Notes under the pieces: model-generated
The model's database searches: none
Told to the model about the DNA's origin: nothing
Seen by the model: only the letters and a program-made list of their open reading frames with translations
Translations under genes and position numbers: made by a program
From: Naegleria gruberi
Lineage: Eukaryota
DNA: 64,000 nucleotides
Reading direction: 5' to 3' (one strand)
Assembly: GCA_000004985.1 (NCBI GenBank)
Contig: GG738904.1
Part shown: positions 1-10,772 of the stretch, in pieces
Position numbering within the stretch: the stretch's first letter is position 1
How the letters are laid out: every line of letters starts with the position of its first letter

Positions 1-7
1 TGCCACA

Positions 8-448
8 ATGAGAACTTATTTCAAAGCTCACTTGAGTAACATGTACAGTTTGGAATTGGTTTTATTCCTCGAACAGGTGAATATTTACAAATTCCTTGTC
101 AAGTCATTGAAATCTCAATCAACTTGTCAAAATTTACTTTCGTCTGAAGAGCAAATTCTTCAGGACATTAGTTTGCCAGCATCTGAAATGGTAACAACTA
201 TCCCAGAGTATGAAACTAAAGCTAGATATATTGTGGAAACATTTTTGAATGATGAAGCCATGTTTCACATTAACACGAGTCGAAAGTTGACAGATAGAAT
301 GAAAACCCTAATTGAAGAGAAGGGTTTTATTGAGGAATTATTTGATGAGATTGAAATGGATGTGAAAACTTCCATGTTAGTTTATTTATTTGCATCGTTT
401 AGACAAACTACATTGTTTACTGAAATGATGCAACGATTTAAAAAGTAA
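8..448 (+). CDS. hypothetical protein, probably a 5'-partial C-terminal fragment
   Basis: 146-aa ORF at the window edge. The frame is open back to nt 2, so the gene likely starts upstream of the window. No recognisable domain. Confidence 0.3.
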   Translation: MRTYFKAHLSNMYSLELVLFLEQVNIYKFLVKSLKSQSTCQNLLSSEEQILQDISLPASEMVTTIPEYETKARYIVETFLNDEAMFHINTSRKLTDRMKTLIEEKGFIEELFDEIEMDVKTSMLVYLFASFRQTTLFTEMMQRFKK

Positions 449-768
449 AAAACTGAATAGTTTTCTACGACTATTTAATATTATTCAATGTATGAGCAAC
501 CAAAGGATGATTTTATCTGTTGAAATATAGGAAACTAATTATTTGTGACCGAAACTTTGTAATTTGAAATATGAGTCGAAAAGTTAATTTGTAAATTGAA
601 TCAAATTTTGACAAAGTGAATCAGTGAAGGTTTCATTAGGGGAAATCAGATTTCCATCCAAATTTGGAACCTTACATCTAACTTTTTGAGTTTGTTCCAA
701 ATGAAAAACTATTCGAAATGGTTTAAATTAGCACCATGGTGGTTGAACTATGCTATCCAACAAAAAAA

Positions 769-1740
769 ATGAAAACAAATCTAATCTTTTCAATTGCAAT
801 TCTACTCTTACTCGCAATCCTCTCAGTTCAAGCAACTGACAGCTATCAAACTAAACCTCCAGTTGTCGTAGTTGACAAGTATCACAAGCCAAAGCATTGT
901 AAGAGAAAATGCTTAAAGCACAAGTGGATTAAGAAGTGTTTGAAACACAAACTCGTCGGTCAAAAGAAGGTCTGTGATCAATATGCCATTGTCGGTGCTG
1001 GCAAATGTCTCAAACATAAGAAATATTCCAAATGTGACAAGTACAGTAAGGCAACAAAGAAGTGTGTCTTGCATGCATACAAGACTGTTGGATGCGCCAA
1101 GAAGAAGTATTGGAAAGTTTGCGATTCTTATGGAACTAAGAAGATTTGCATCAAGAAGGGTTTCAAGAAGTTCTGTGCCAAGTACAAGATTATCAACAAG
1201 TGCGTCAAGAAGGGATATAAGAAGGTCTGTAAGAAATTCAAGAAGGTTCCAATCAAGAAGTGTGAAAAGAAGAAGGTCTGCGACAAATACACTGTTGATT
1301 CTTACAATAAGAAGGTCGCCAAATGTAGATATGTTAAAAAGTGCAAGATTGTTTCATGGGCAAAGAAATGCGCCAAGTATAAGAAGGTTAAATATTGTAA
1401 GGAGAGAAAATCAGTTAAGAAGTGTTGTCTCATTAAGAAGAAATTCTTCTGTGCCAAGCATAAGACCATCAAATTCTGTAAGCACAAGAAGACTATTTCC
1501 AAATGTGTCAAATATCAAAAGAAGAAGTATTGTGCCAAGACAATTATTATTCCACCAAGATGTATCAAGAAGAAGTATTATAAGAAGTGTTTGAAACGTT
1601 CAAAGGGTAAGAAGATTTGTAAGAAATTCAAATTTGTTGGTGGAAAGAAGAAGTGTTGCAAGTCAATCAAGAAGAAGATTTGTATCAAGAGAAAGACATG
1701 TAAGAAGTCATCAAAACCAATCGTTACACCATCCTTGTAA
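769..1740 (+). CDS. secreted lysine/cysteine-rich repeat protein
   Basis: ATG at 769 gives MKTNLIFSIAILLLLAILSVQA, a clear signal peptide. The mature part is roughly 30% Lys with about 40 Cys spaced every 7-12 residues in reiterated K-x-C and KKC units. The AAG codon dominates. The 736 ATG adds only 11 residues before the signal peptide. Confidence 0.6.
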   Translation: MKTNLIFSIAILLLLAILSVQATDSYQTKPPVVVVDKYHKPKHCKRKCLKHKWIKKCLKHKLVGQKKVCDQYAIVGAGKCLKHKKYSKCDKYSKATKKCVLHAYKTVGCAKKKYWKVCDSYGTKKICIKKGFKKFCAKYKIINKCVKKGYKKVCKKFKKVPIKKCEKKKVCDKYTVDSYNKKVAKCRYVKKCKIVSWAKKCAKYKKVKYCKERKSVKKCCLIKKKFFCAKHKTIKFCKHKKTISKCVKYQKKKYCAKTIIIPPRCIKKKYYKKCLKRSKGKKICKKFKFVGGKKKCCKSIKKKICIKRKTCKKSSKPIVTPSL

Positions 1741-1804
1741 ATTAATAGCATTTACTGAAGAATAAACTAAAATTCTGGTTCTTAATCAAATATAAAAATT
1801 AATT

Positions 1805-1877
1805 CGCCCACCGTGGGGGTCGAACCCACGACCACAAGGTTAAGAGCCTTGCGCTCTACCGACTGAGCTAGACGGGC
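1805..1877 (-). tRNA. tRNA-Lys (anticodon CTT)
   Basis: Reverse complement is GCCCGTCTAGCTCAGTCGGTAGAGCGCAAGGCTCTTAACCTTGTGGTCGTGGGTTCGACCCCCACGGTGGGCG. It has a full cloverleaf with a 7-bp acceptor, D arm, anticodon loop CTCTTAA and T loop TTCGACC. It is nearly identical to metazoan tRNA-Lys-CTT. Confidence 0.85.
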
Positions 1878-2316
1878 TACATGTTCATGATAAACGTATA
1901 CTATTGATAGTCTTTACCTTTCTCAAATGATTTTAATAGTTAATTGACAGTCATTTCCATAAACCAAACTGGTTCTTGAACTGCCCTCATCACATGCACA
2001 ATAATATTCCTCACAATATGATATAATTATTGGACTATCAGAATGTGAAACAACGTTTCCCAAAACAATTGAATGGCAGGAACCTCCAAATCAGTCAATA
2101 TTTCATAAAACATGCCATCCTTTACAATCAGCATTAAATTCCTCATCTCTCCAACAATTTCTTCATAAAATCTTCTCAAATAAACAGAAGTAGCATTTTT
2201 GCGATATTCTGAGAAGAAGGGAAATATAAAATCGAGAATGTTTAATAAATCATCATGGCGATGAACATTTTTTATATAAAAATTTTAAAAAGACTTTTTG
2301 AAATTGATTTGAATAA

Positions 2317-4629
2317 TTAATTATCATCAGTCATTGTATCAAAGTAATCTAAACTCTCTGCATTGTAATAAACATCCTCAATAATTTCAACAACTTGTGG
2401 AGAATAGTCGAGAGTGAGAGCAGCTTCCTTAATAAGTGGAATGTGTTCCTTATTTTCTTCTTTGAGTAATTCATTTCTAATCATTAAATAGTAGCATCGG
2501 AATACTGGATTAAGTAATTTAAAGCAATCTTCTACTAAGGATCCTTCATAGTGATCTGCTAAAGCGGCACACGAAATGACAATTCTGTCATTGTCTGAAT
2601 TTTGAAGGAGAGTCGAATCTGTGCACTTTTCAATCACATCCTTGTTCAGCACATCCACACCCGAGTAGAATTTGTTGGCCAATTTCAATCTAGGAATCAA
2701 GTAATGAAGTGGAGAAGCCAAATGATACACTACTTGTCCGCTATCTTGCATAAAGAGGAATCCACTATATTCCTTAGGATTGAGCTTGAGAGATTCTTCA
2801 ATCATGGCCTGTTTCCACTTCTTGAGAGAAAAACCATCCTGAACATAACTGGTCAATTCCTTCTCTTCTTGAATAATGTTTGGTTTATCTAAAAATCTAA
2901 AAATTGATTCATCAGCTCCATATTGTCCAATCATTGTCAGCTGCTCACCATTCCAAATAAACATTATAGTCGATTTCTTATTAAGCTCATCCAAGGAAAG
3001 ATTTTGTTGCTTCCAAACTCTCCAAAAATCTTCTCTCCAGTTTGCTCCCTTTTTTTTAAGGAGTGGCCAATCAATCCAGTCTTGATTATCCAATTCAGGA
3101 CAGCTCACTTTCCATTCATTATTGTAGTGGAAGAGACTCACTCTCTTTCCGCATGGAACCTTGAAGCAATAGAGGTAGTCATCAAATCTTGGGAGTATTG
3201 ATGAATCTCTCAGATCAACAGTTCTACCACAAGTTTGTGAAACTATTGAGTAGCACTTGTCAAATTTAATGATACAACCATCAAGAGCCATTAAGTGTGG
3301 ATGAAGGTTGTCAACATTTGGAGGGATGGAGCATTGGAACAGGGTGGCATTTTCGATCTCTGAATTGTTACTAGCTTCAAATGGCACTACTCTAATTCCA
3401 AATAAGTGTTTTAAAACGTAAATTCCATTCATGAAGAGATTGGCAACATAGGATTCAATTGAGCTGATTTTGTTTTTCTTGATATGTTTAGATTCATTCC
3501 TGAATGATGCTCTCAATTTAGAAAGATTATCTGTAATGCAAAACTTGTTCAAGAAATTAATGACATCCTTTTGTTTTTCCAAAAGTTTCTTACCAAACGC
3601 AATAACTTCATCACAATCATCAGTGAATTCAACTTTTAACTGATCATACTCAGGCAAAAAATTCTGCTCATATACATCCCAATTATGATTCGGGAAACTC
3701 AAGACATGATCTTGAAAATCGTTCATCTCTTGGTAGTCTGTAATTTCATTATTTTCCATCAATTGTCTGGAAAATAAGAGTTTTCTCTTGCCATGAACAA
3801 TATTCTTTTTAGAGGTTTTTAGTAATGCTTGGGTAGGTCTTCTCGATAAGTAACCAGTGTAAACGTCTTGATAGTTTTCTCTTTCATCAGAATATGAACC
3901 ATTTTGTGCAAGTTCGAAAAATCTCTTTGCTTTTTGGAAACAATAATCCAATTCTTCTGCATTTGCACTGATTAATCTAGGAATATTTAAATGATGAATA
4001 GCCCAATTCTTTCTGAAATAGCTCATCTTTTCATCTTCATAAATGACATAAACCTGATCAATCAAATGACTTGTCACTGCTTGGTTATATACAGGTTGAT
4101 GATAATGCATGTATGAAATGAAATAACTAGTGTTATACACTGAAACATCCAATTTAAACTCAATGTCTTCTCCCAAGCAGGTCTTGATCGAAATTTGAGT
4201 CTCCCACTTGCTTTGCATATCACTTGCCAAAGCTCCCAATAATTCATCTGTAGATTTATATTCATCCACAACCAAAATTATATCAAAATCAGATTCTGCC
4301 AAATATTGAATCACCTCCTTCTTTTCATCATTCCTCCAACAAACACCAATCAATTCATTCCCATGCGAATCAGTCACTCCATATGGCTCGATCGATCCAG
4401 CATCTCTCACCTGTGAATAATAGGCCTGTGATCCGAAAATATACATTCCTCTCACCTGATCATCACCAAACTTTTCAATTCCCATCTCCCGAACAATTTG
4501 CAAGATCGGATCCTTAAAATCTGATAATTTTTGTATGGAATAAATTTTCTCCCCCTCCCCTGAAGCTGAAGAAATCATAGGATCATGATCAACAGCATCA
4601 TCAGACATTGTAATATTGTTGCTATTCAT
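2317..4629 (-). CDS. hypothetical protein (770 aa), no recognisable domain
   Basis: Long uninterrupted ORF. The ATG at 4629 has an A-rich upstream context (aaaaacaaATG). Coding-like composition. Confidence 0.55.
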   Translation of the reverse strand: MNSNNITMSDDAVDHDPMISSASGEGEKIYSIQKLSDFKDPILQIVREMGIEKFGDDQVRGMYIFGSQAYYSQVRDAGSIEPYGVTDSHGNELIGVCWRNDEKKEVIQYLAESDFDIILVVDEYKSTDELLGALASDMQSKWETQISIKTCLGEDIEFKLDVSVYNTSYFISYMHYHQPVYNQAVTSHLIDQVYVIYEDEKMSYFRKNWAIHHLNIPRLISANAEELDYCFQKAKRFFELAQNGSYSDERENYQDVYTGYLSRRPTQALLKTSKKNIVHGKRKLLFSRQLMENNEITDYQEMNDFQDHVLSFPNHNWDVYEQNFLPEYDQLKVEFTDDCDEVIAFGKKLLEKQKDVINFLNKFCITDNLSKLRASFRNESKHIKKNKISSIESYVANLFMNGIYVLKHLFGIRVVPFEASNNSEIENATLFQCSIPPNVDNLHPHLMALDGCIIKFDKCYSIVSQTCGRTVDLRDSSILPRFDDYLYCFKVPCGKRVSLFHYNNEWKVSCPELDNQDWIDWPLLKKKGANWREDFWRVWKQQNLSLDELNKKSTIMFIWNGEQLTMIGQYGADESIFRFLDKPNIIQEEKELTSYVQDGFSLKKWKQAMIEESLKLNPKEYSGFLFMQDSGQVVYHLASPLHYLIPRLKLANKFYSGVDVLNKDVIEKCTDSTLLQNSDNDRIVISCAALADHYEGSLVEDCFKLLNPVFRCYYLMIRNELLKEENKEHIPLIKEAALTLDYSPQVVEIIEDVYYNAESLDYFDTMTDDN

Positions 4630-4840
4630 TTGTTTTTAATATTTTGAATTTTTTTTTGAATTTATTTTTTGTTGAGTTTTTGAAAGTTCCAATTTGAATT
4701 TGATTAAATTTTTGGATGTGAGTGCGAACTTGTATTACAACAAATTGTAAAACACGTTGTTTCTTGAAGAATTCAAATCGTAAATGATTAATAGTTAGTC
4801 AATGGATGGACCTGGGTGACACATTGAAATTCTTCAGGTC

Positions 4841-7118
4841 TTAGTCAACATCTTCCATGTAATGTCCATCATGATTAATAAATTTCCAATTTTCTAGCAA
4901 TTTATCAATTGACATTCTTTTTGAGGGATCTTTGTGCAATAGCCCACAGAGAGTTTCCTGTAACATTGTTGTTTGTCTATCACTTAGCTCAGGATATTTG
5001 TGAACGAGTTCATCAATAACTTCATTAATAAATGAGTGAATCGCTTCATGTGAATCATGAGCAGCAACCCATTCACCAAATCCAATTAGTTTTTCATATT
5101 CTTGATTGGTGTTTTCATGAAAACATTTCATCCTTTTCATAACAAGCTCTTCAGATCCATTGTAATTAAGCAGGAATTTTAGAATTAATAGAAGAATATT
5201 AATTCCAACACTCCAAGAATCCATTCTAAACATAAAATTTGTGTGGATGATTCTATTTCCAAAATTATATTTGCAGTAATAAGATTCTGGTGAATTTACA
5301 AAGTCTGTTCCAGTTGTGGGAAGAGAAATAATAACTTTGTCATTGAAAATCTCCATGTCTGAAACATCAATTGATTCCTCAAAATCACAGAATAATAATG
5401 TAAATATCTCATTAACGAATTTAGATAATAAATTATCTGATTTGGTATCCATGTGAACTATATTAAGAGAATGCAAATCCTTAACACAGAGACATATTAA
5501 TTCAACCTTGTTAAGGAAATCGGTAATGTTAGATATTTTGTTTTTTTCTAAATATTTAGAAAAATCAGCTTCACATCTCTCCATTAAAACAAATTTCATT
5601 TCTGAACCGTCGTCGCTGAACGCATGACCAGCCCTCAAGACTTTCACTAAATATTGTTTCTTATGTGTTAATAATTTCTTATATATTTCTTCGAAATTAT
5701 ATGAGTGATCCATTGGAATTGTTTTCAAATATTCACTTTCACTATTTACACATTCTTTAAGCTCTCTTAGTGATATTATGTCTAATTGCTTTTCTTTGTT
5801 TTCTTCCATCTTTTTGAGAACAGTATAATGACTCAAATGTTGTAATTGATCAATAGATTCAATACGAGATCCAAGAGGTTCAATTAAATATTCCAAAGAC
5901 TGGTCATTAAATATTTCTTTACATTTTTCTATTAGTTTTTCCAAATCCACACCATTGAGCATTACAACATGTTGTACTTCATTGAGGTAATGTACAAAAA
6001 TGTATCGAATAGTTGAAAATTCATCCCACATGGGAGCCACAATTATTGTTTCCTTCTTGATAAGTTTCTTCCAAACTATTGGATCACACTCAAGTTCTCC
6101 AAAATATGGATCCGTTAATGATGGAAAGGAATTCATTTCTTGATAGATTTGTCTTGCTTTTCCTCCTTCACCTATCGACAGGTTTCTTATAATTTTATAT
6201 ACAAATCCTGCCTTACATTTAGGGTCAATACACAAAATGTTTTCAATGCATTGAATTGCATCATTAAATTCTCCTAAATTTAAATGGCAATTTGCCAATA
6301 GTAACCGAATACCAGTTAAAAAATTCAAATCTTTCAAAATTTTGTAAAAGTAGGTTTTTGCACTTTCAAAATTTCCAATTTTGTAATAATCTAAAGCAAT
6401 TTGAAAAATGCTCTCTATATAGTTTGCAGTTATTATCGTACAGTCTGAAAATTCAGTTGTGTTCTTCTTAATAAATTTCTTTGAATCAATAATTGATTCT
6501 ATAATTTTCAGACATTGCATTCTTGTTAGTTCGCGACCTTTAATTTTCATTATTAAATCAATCAGTTCAAAATCAATTCCTCTTTTCTCCAATTCATGCT
6601 CTATATTATCTGAATCTATTTCCTCTCCAAAAACAAAATTATTTTCTAATTTCTTAATTCCTCCAATCTCTTCAAAACTTGATACTTCAAAATCTGTTAA
6701 TCTGATTATTGGAAATTCTATTGGATTAATATTCAATACTATAAAATTATTTACGCTAATATCGTAATGTATAACTTTATGCCACGGCCTTGTTTGTGTT
6801 AAATAATTTTTCAAGAATTTTAGTAATTCATCTTGACCAAAATTCGAAACTGAAACTAATCTTGGGATCAAGTGCTCGATCTCCTCGTTATCAAATTCGA
6901 AAACATAATCCAATGTATTATTCAAAATGATTACTATTTCCGTGTGGCCCAAGTTATTCGCAAGATCTATCAATGCTTCAATTTCATGATTAGCAAGTTC
7001 CGATCGAGCTAAGAACCTCTTTCAATTTTTCTGGATTGTTTTCGTTCACACAATCAATACAATTTTGAAAGACTGAAGAATGGATATTCTCCAAGTTTGA
7101 CAACTGTTTTTCTGTCAT
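4841..7118 (-). CDS. ankyrin/TPR plus degenerate protein-kinase-like (pseudokinase) protein; 5' end unresolved
   Basis: The main ORF is 4841..6973. Its N-terminal region is ankyrin-like (LIDLANNLGHTEIVIIL). The middle is TPR-like (IALDYYKIGNFESAKTYFYKIL..LGEFNDAIQCIENIL). The C-terminal is a kinase fold with altered motifs: HMDTKSDNLL in place of HRD, CDFEES in place of DFG, then SWSVG and HKDPSKR. The ORF opens at a TTG with no ATG for about 130 codons. The upstream ORF 6990..7280 (ATG at 7118) lies in another frame, so there is either a 1-nt frameshift or an unresolved intron between about 6975 and 7020. Confidence 0.5.
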
Positions 7119-7176
7119 CACAATATTACATTCAATATTTTTTTTAATTATTTTAAATAATTTTATTCGAAAGATC

Positions 7177-9357
7177 TTATTGTTTATCATTTTTATGACC
7201 ACCAGTGTACATTCCCACAACATTTGAATTACTTCCATTATTAAACTCTGATTCACTTGAATATTGTAATTGACAATCATCTTCTGGTAAAAATTTCAAA
7301 ATAAATTCACCAATCGATGGTGGAACCAAAACTTGAGCTGGATTGGTGCTCTTCTTATCACTTCCTCTAATCATGGAAGACCACGAGCTCAATAAACCAC
7401 CTCCACTACTACTACTACTGCCACCACTCATCGATGAATTCTGATGTGATGAGGTAATGCTTAATGATGGTTGAGTTGAATTCAAAATTTGAGTAATTGA
7501 ATTGTTCAATGAATTTTCATCCAATACGCTCTTCTTGATCTTGAAATTCATTTGAACATCCTTAATGTTGGTAATGTGATTTTGGAGAGCTGCTTGAATG
7601 TGACTGGTCAAGTATGAAGTCATGCAGTGAATTCTCTCAGTAGATTGAGAAGCCAACCAGATACGAATCAAAGCATAGGTCAATTGATTGTACTTTTGTC
7701 CAACTTCAGAGTCCTTCTTTGCCAAAAAGACATGATTAATAACTCGATTTCCACTTCCAGAAGTAAAGAATGGAGCAAATCCAACTGTAATGTTCTGACC
7801 ATTCGAAGAGGATCCATTCACAATATTCACCTCCTTACTTCTCAATTCTCCAGGGAAGGCATCGACAACATATCTCTGAACCATCTTGTTGAAATCTTCC
7901 AAAGTTTCACACTCTTTAAAATTGTGAACGACTACTACGGTAATCTTTCTTGGTTTTCCAGTGGTTGGATTAATACCAGTATCTCTCCTATTCAATAAAT
8001 CGTACAATTTCTCATGTTCTTCCCATGTCATTTCATTTACAACGTAGAGAATAAAGTGAGACATGTTCAACAGAACTTCCTCAATGGTATCTTCGAGCAT
8101 TCTCTTCTCACGAACGTTTCTCTTAATGGCCTCATTCCATTGTTGCTGTTGAATAATTTCTGGATCGATCCACATTTGTTGTTGAGTGCTTGTGGATGAG
8201 AGTGGAGTAGTTGGCATCTTTTTTGAAGCTGTCAATTGTTGATTTTCATGAACGATAATCTCATCAGAGGTAGGAACCATTCCTTCCTTTTGAATTTCTC
8301 TCAATTGTCTCTTGACATCTGCCACTCTGACAGCTCCTCTCAATCCCATTGTATCAACAAGTAACCAATCTCTTCCTTGATTATTCTTTGGAACTTTGAA
8401 ACAAAGAGCTGGAGTACTCTGAGTCAATCCAACTCTCAAATCAGATCCACTCAACTCATTCAACAAGTGAGTTTTTCCACTATTCTTAAATCCCAAAACA
8501 CTGACAACACAACTTGGTTGTTGTGTGAATTTGTGTTCAATTTCAGCAAAGTAATTGATATAGTGATGATCACGACGATTACGATGCTTCTTTCTAGAAG
8601 AATTTGATGGATTGGCAGTTGAACTGAATGGATCATCAACATTTGAATCACGTGGAGTCAATTCACCATCTGAAGCACTCGACAAATCTGAATGATCAGT
8701 TGCTGTATTATTACTTGGCAATCCTCCACATGCAAAACTAGGAGATGGAGGTCTAGAAGGTGCATTTTGAATGGCACTTGCAGTTGGCAACACTCCAGGA
8801 ATAATTGCCTGAGTATTAATATAGGAATGATTCGAATTTTGTGTCATTTGATTTTGAATACTATGATAAATATGTTCATTCTGTTCTTGATGAGCTAGAG
8901 CAGCTGCTTGATTCATAGATTCTCTTATTCTATCCAAAATTCTCAATTCCAATTCAGTTGACAATTTAATTGACCATCCCTTATGTGTCAAATGATGAGG
9001 AGAAGGATCATCCATGTCAACAATCAAATCATAATCTTCATGATCATCTGTAAATAAATTTCCACCATTCCATTGATATTGATTGTAATATTCCATCATT
9101 GAAGGTGATAATTGATGAAGAAATTGAGACGAAACTTCTAAATGTCCGCTTCCCAAATTGCCGTTATTATTCGAAACAAAATTATTTTGAAAATGATATT
9201 GATCAGATGAAGACATGGAACTTCTGTTGGAGGAATTAGGAGAGCTGTGATGATAGAAAGCGTGATTACTTGCCACTAATCCTGAAGAATTAATTTTGGA
9301 CAGGTCAGTTATGGCATGTGAAGGACTACCAGTTTGTGAATTGATGGTATTTCCCAT
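7177..9357 (-). CDS. P-loop GTPase-like protein with N-myristoylation-type N-terminus and Q/N/S-rich low-complexity regions
   Basis: ATG at 9357 gives MGNTINS, which matches the PROSITE-style N-myristoylation pattern. Walker A motif VLGFKNSGKTHLLNELSG and a DxxG-like LLVDTMGL. The flanks are long and rich in S, N and Q. Confidence 0.55.
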   Translation of the reverse strand: MGNTINSQTGSPSHAITDLSKINSSGLVASNHAFYHHSSPNSSNRSSMSSSDQYHFQNNFVSNNNGNLGSGHLEVSSQFLHQLSPSMMEYYNQYQWNGGNLFTDDHEDYDLIVDMDDPSPHHLTHKGWSIKLSTELELRILDRIRESMNQAAALAHQEQNEHIYHSIQNQMTQNSNHSYINTQAIIPGVLPTASAIQNAPSRPPSPSFACGGLPSNNTATDHSDLSSASDGELTPRDSNVDDPFSSTANPSNSSRKKHRNRRDHHYINYFAEIEHKFTQQPSCVVSVLGFKNSGKTHLLNELSGSDLRVGLTQSTPALCFKVPKNNQGRDWLLVDTMGLRGAVRVADVKRQLREIQKEGMVPTSDEIIVHENQQLTASKKMPTTPLSSTSTQQQMWIDPEIIQQQQWNEAIKRNVREKRMLEDTIEEVLLNMSHFILYVVNEMTWEEHEKLYDLLNRRDTGINPTTGKPRKITVVVVHNFKECETLEDFNKMVQRYVVDAFPGELRSKEVNIVNGSSSNGQNITVGFAPFFTSGSGNRVINHVFLAKKDSEVGQKYNQLTYALIRIWLASQSTERIHCMTSYLTSHIQAALQNHITNIKDVQMNFKIKKSVLDENSLNNSITQILNSTQPSLSITSSHQNSSMSGGSSSSSGGGLLSSWSSMIRGSDKKSTNPAQVLVPPSIGEFILKFLPEDDCQLQYSSESEFNNGSNSNVVGMYTGGHKNDKQ

Positions 9358-9631
9358 TTTTCTATTAACAGTCGGTTAGTTTGGTGGTTAGTGGAAGGAA
9401 AAACTGCTTCCCAGTGTTGAAATTTTTTTTAAATTTATTTTTAATTTTTTAATTAATTGATGACGTTTGACTTGCAAGCAATTTCCATATGTGTGAATTG
9501 GGAAACCTTATCATTTGAAAATTATTGAAATATTCTTAAATTCTTTCAATAATAATTAGCAGTACATTAAAGAGATTGATTCTACTATTTTTCCTTCACA
9601 AATCACTTTCTAATTTTGCTCTTTCGAATAA

Positions 9632-10691
9632 CTAGCAAAAAGTTTCTTCAAATGGCTGGCAATTTCCCTTTCCCAAAATTGCAAAATAAACATTATCAAA
9701 CCTATTCTTGAAAGCTGGTTCGTTCAATACTTGTTCGAAACATGACGAAACTGTCTTGGTATCATTCAAGTAAGCTCCACATCCAAATGCTCCCAACACC
9801 AAATCTCTTTCCTCCATCTTTAATGCACAATAGAGCACCATCCTAATCTTTAGTTTCGTATGTTTGATGAATAGTTCCTCATTTAACACTCCGTGCTTAT
9901 CATAATATTTTGAATGATCTGTCTTTCTGAAATATTTGATTCTCAAATCAATGGCACCAGCAGCAGCCACATTAATGAATATACAGGGATCCACAAGTGA
10001 ATAATCGCCAGTTTCTTTAAAGTTTCTAATAATTGGCAATTGAGGAGTATAGGTTACTCCAAATTCCAAAATATGATGAGGATCTTCATCTGTATTCAAT
10101 GCTCGCTTTTCAAGTTCCTTTCCAACAATTTCATTCAAATCAGGATCAATACTATATCTGTAAATTACTGATTTTCTCTCAATGAATTCTTCCTGAGTTC
10201 CTAAATAAGGAACCCAATACTTTCCACAAATTGTTCTTCTCGATGCTTTCAACATTTCCAATTTTAACCATTCAACAATATTTGATGAACCTACCCAAAT
10301 TCAAAACCATTGGCGTTCTTCCAGTTTTTTCAAACAATTCAAAAGCAACTTGCAAACAATCAGCATCCAAAACTTTAAAACAAGTTTTCTTTTCTTCATC
10401 ACTTGGTAATGATGACGATTGTAATTCTATAAATTGTGCAACTTCTTCCTCAGCTTTGTGTTCATCATCATGTCCAAGCAGCACAGTTCCTTCCTTGATT
10501 GTTCGGATGTGGTCCGATAAATTAATTTCCTTCTTTTTCAAATAGTAAGTCTGCTCTGCGAATATTTCCTTATTTTCAGCAAGGACAGAACCAGGCAATC
10601 TGGTGAATGGCAAGAGATTGATGAGGGAGAATGAACAATCGTTGGTTCCTTCTATATTGAGTGTAGGCATTTTTTTATTGTAAAACCCCAT
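9632..10691 (-). CDS. microbial-type poly(ADP-ribose) glycohydrolase-like macro-domain protein (DUF2263-like), two exons
   Basis: Exon 1 is 10691..10292 and exon 2 is 10242..9632. The intron is 10243..10291 (49 nt, GTAGGT...AAAG) in phase 1. Splicing joins ...TPMVLNL to ASRRTICGKYWVPYLGTQEEF, recreating the PARG macro motif VLNLAS followed by QEE. The C-terminal LVLGAFGCGAYLND matches the diphosphate-binding loop of bacterial-type PARG. Confidence 0.5.
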
Positions 10692-10772
10692 TTCATTCTC
10701 AAATGTTCATTGTTCTGTATTGATGGTTAGTTTCTTATGAAGAAGAAATAATATAAGTAAGATTTTGATTTC

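Noticed and set aside
974-1594. 206-aa Arg/Ser-rich ORF overlapping the Lys/Cys-rich gene in another frame
   Set aside because: It is a frame artefact of the AAG/AAGAAG-rich coding sequence, which reads as AGA/GAA in other frames. It has no ATG context or signal peptide of its own.
1805-1877. Functional coupling between tRNA-Lys(CTT) and the adjacent AAG-rich gene
   Set aside because: The juxtaposition is suggestive but there is no mechanistic basis, since tRNA genes act in trans. I kept it only as a curiosity within a finding.
6990-7280. 96-aa ORF treated as a separate gene
   Set aside because: Its 3' end runs into the ankyrin-like start of the 4841..6973 ORF, and its 5' part overlaps the GTPase gene's C-terminus. 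It is more parsimonious as the frameshifted or spliced 5' end of the pseudokinase gene, but this is unresolved.
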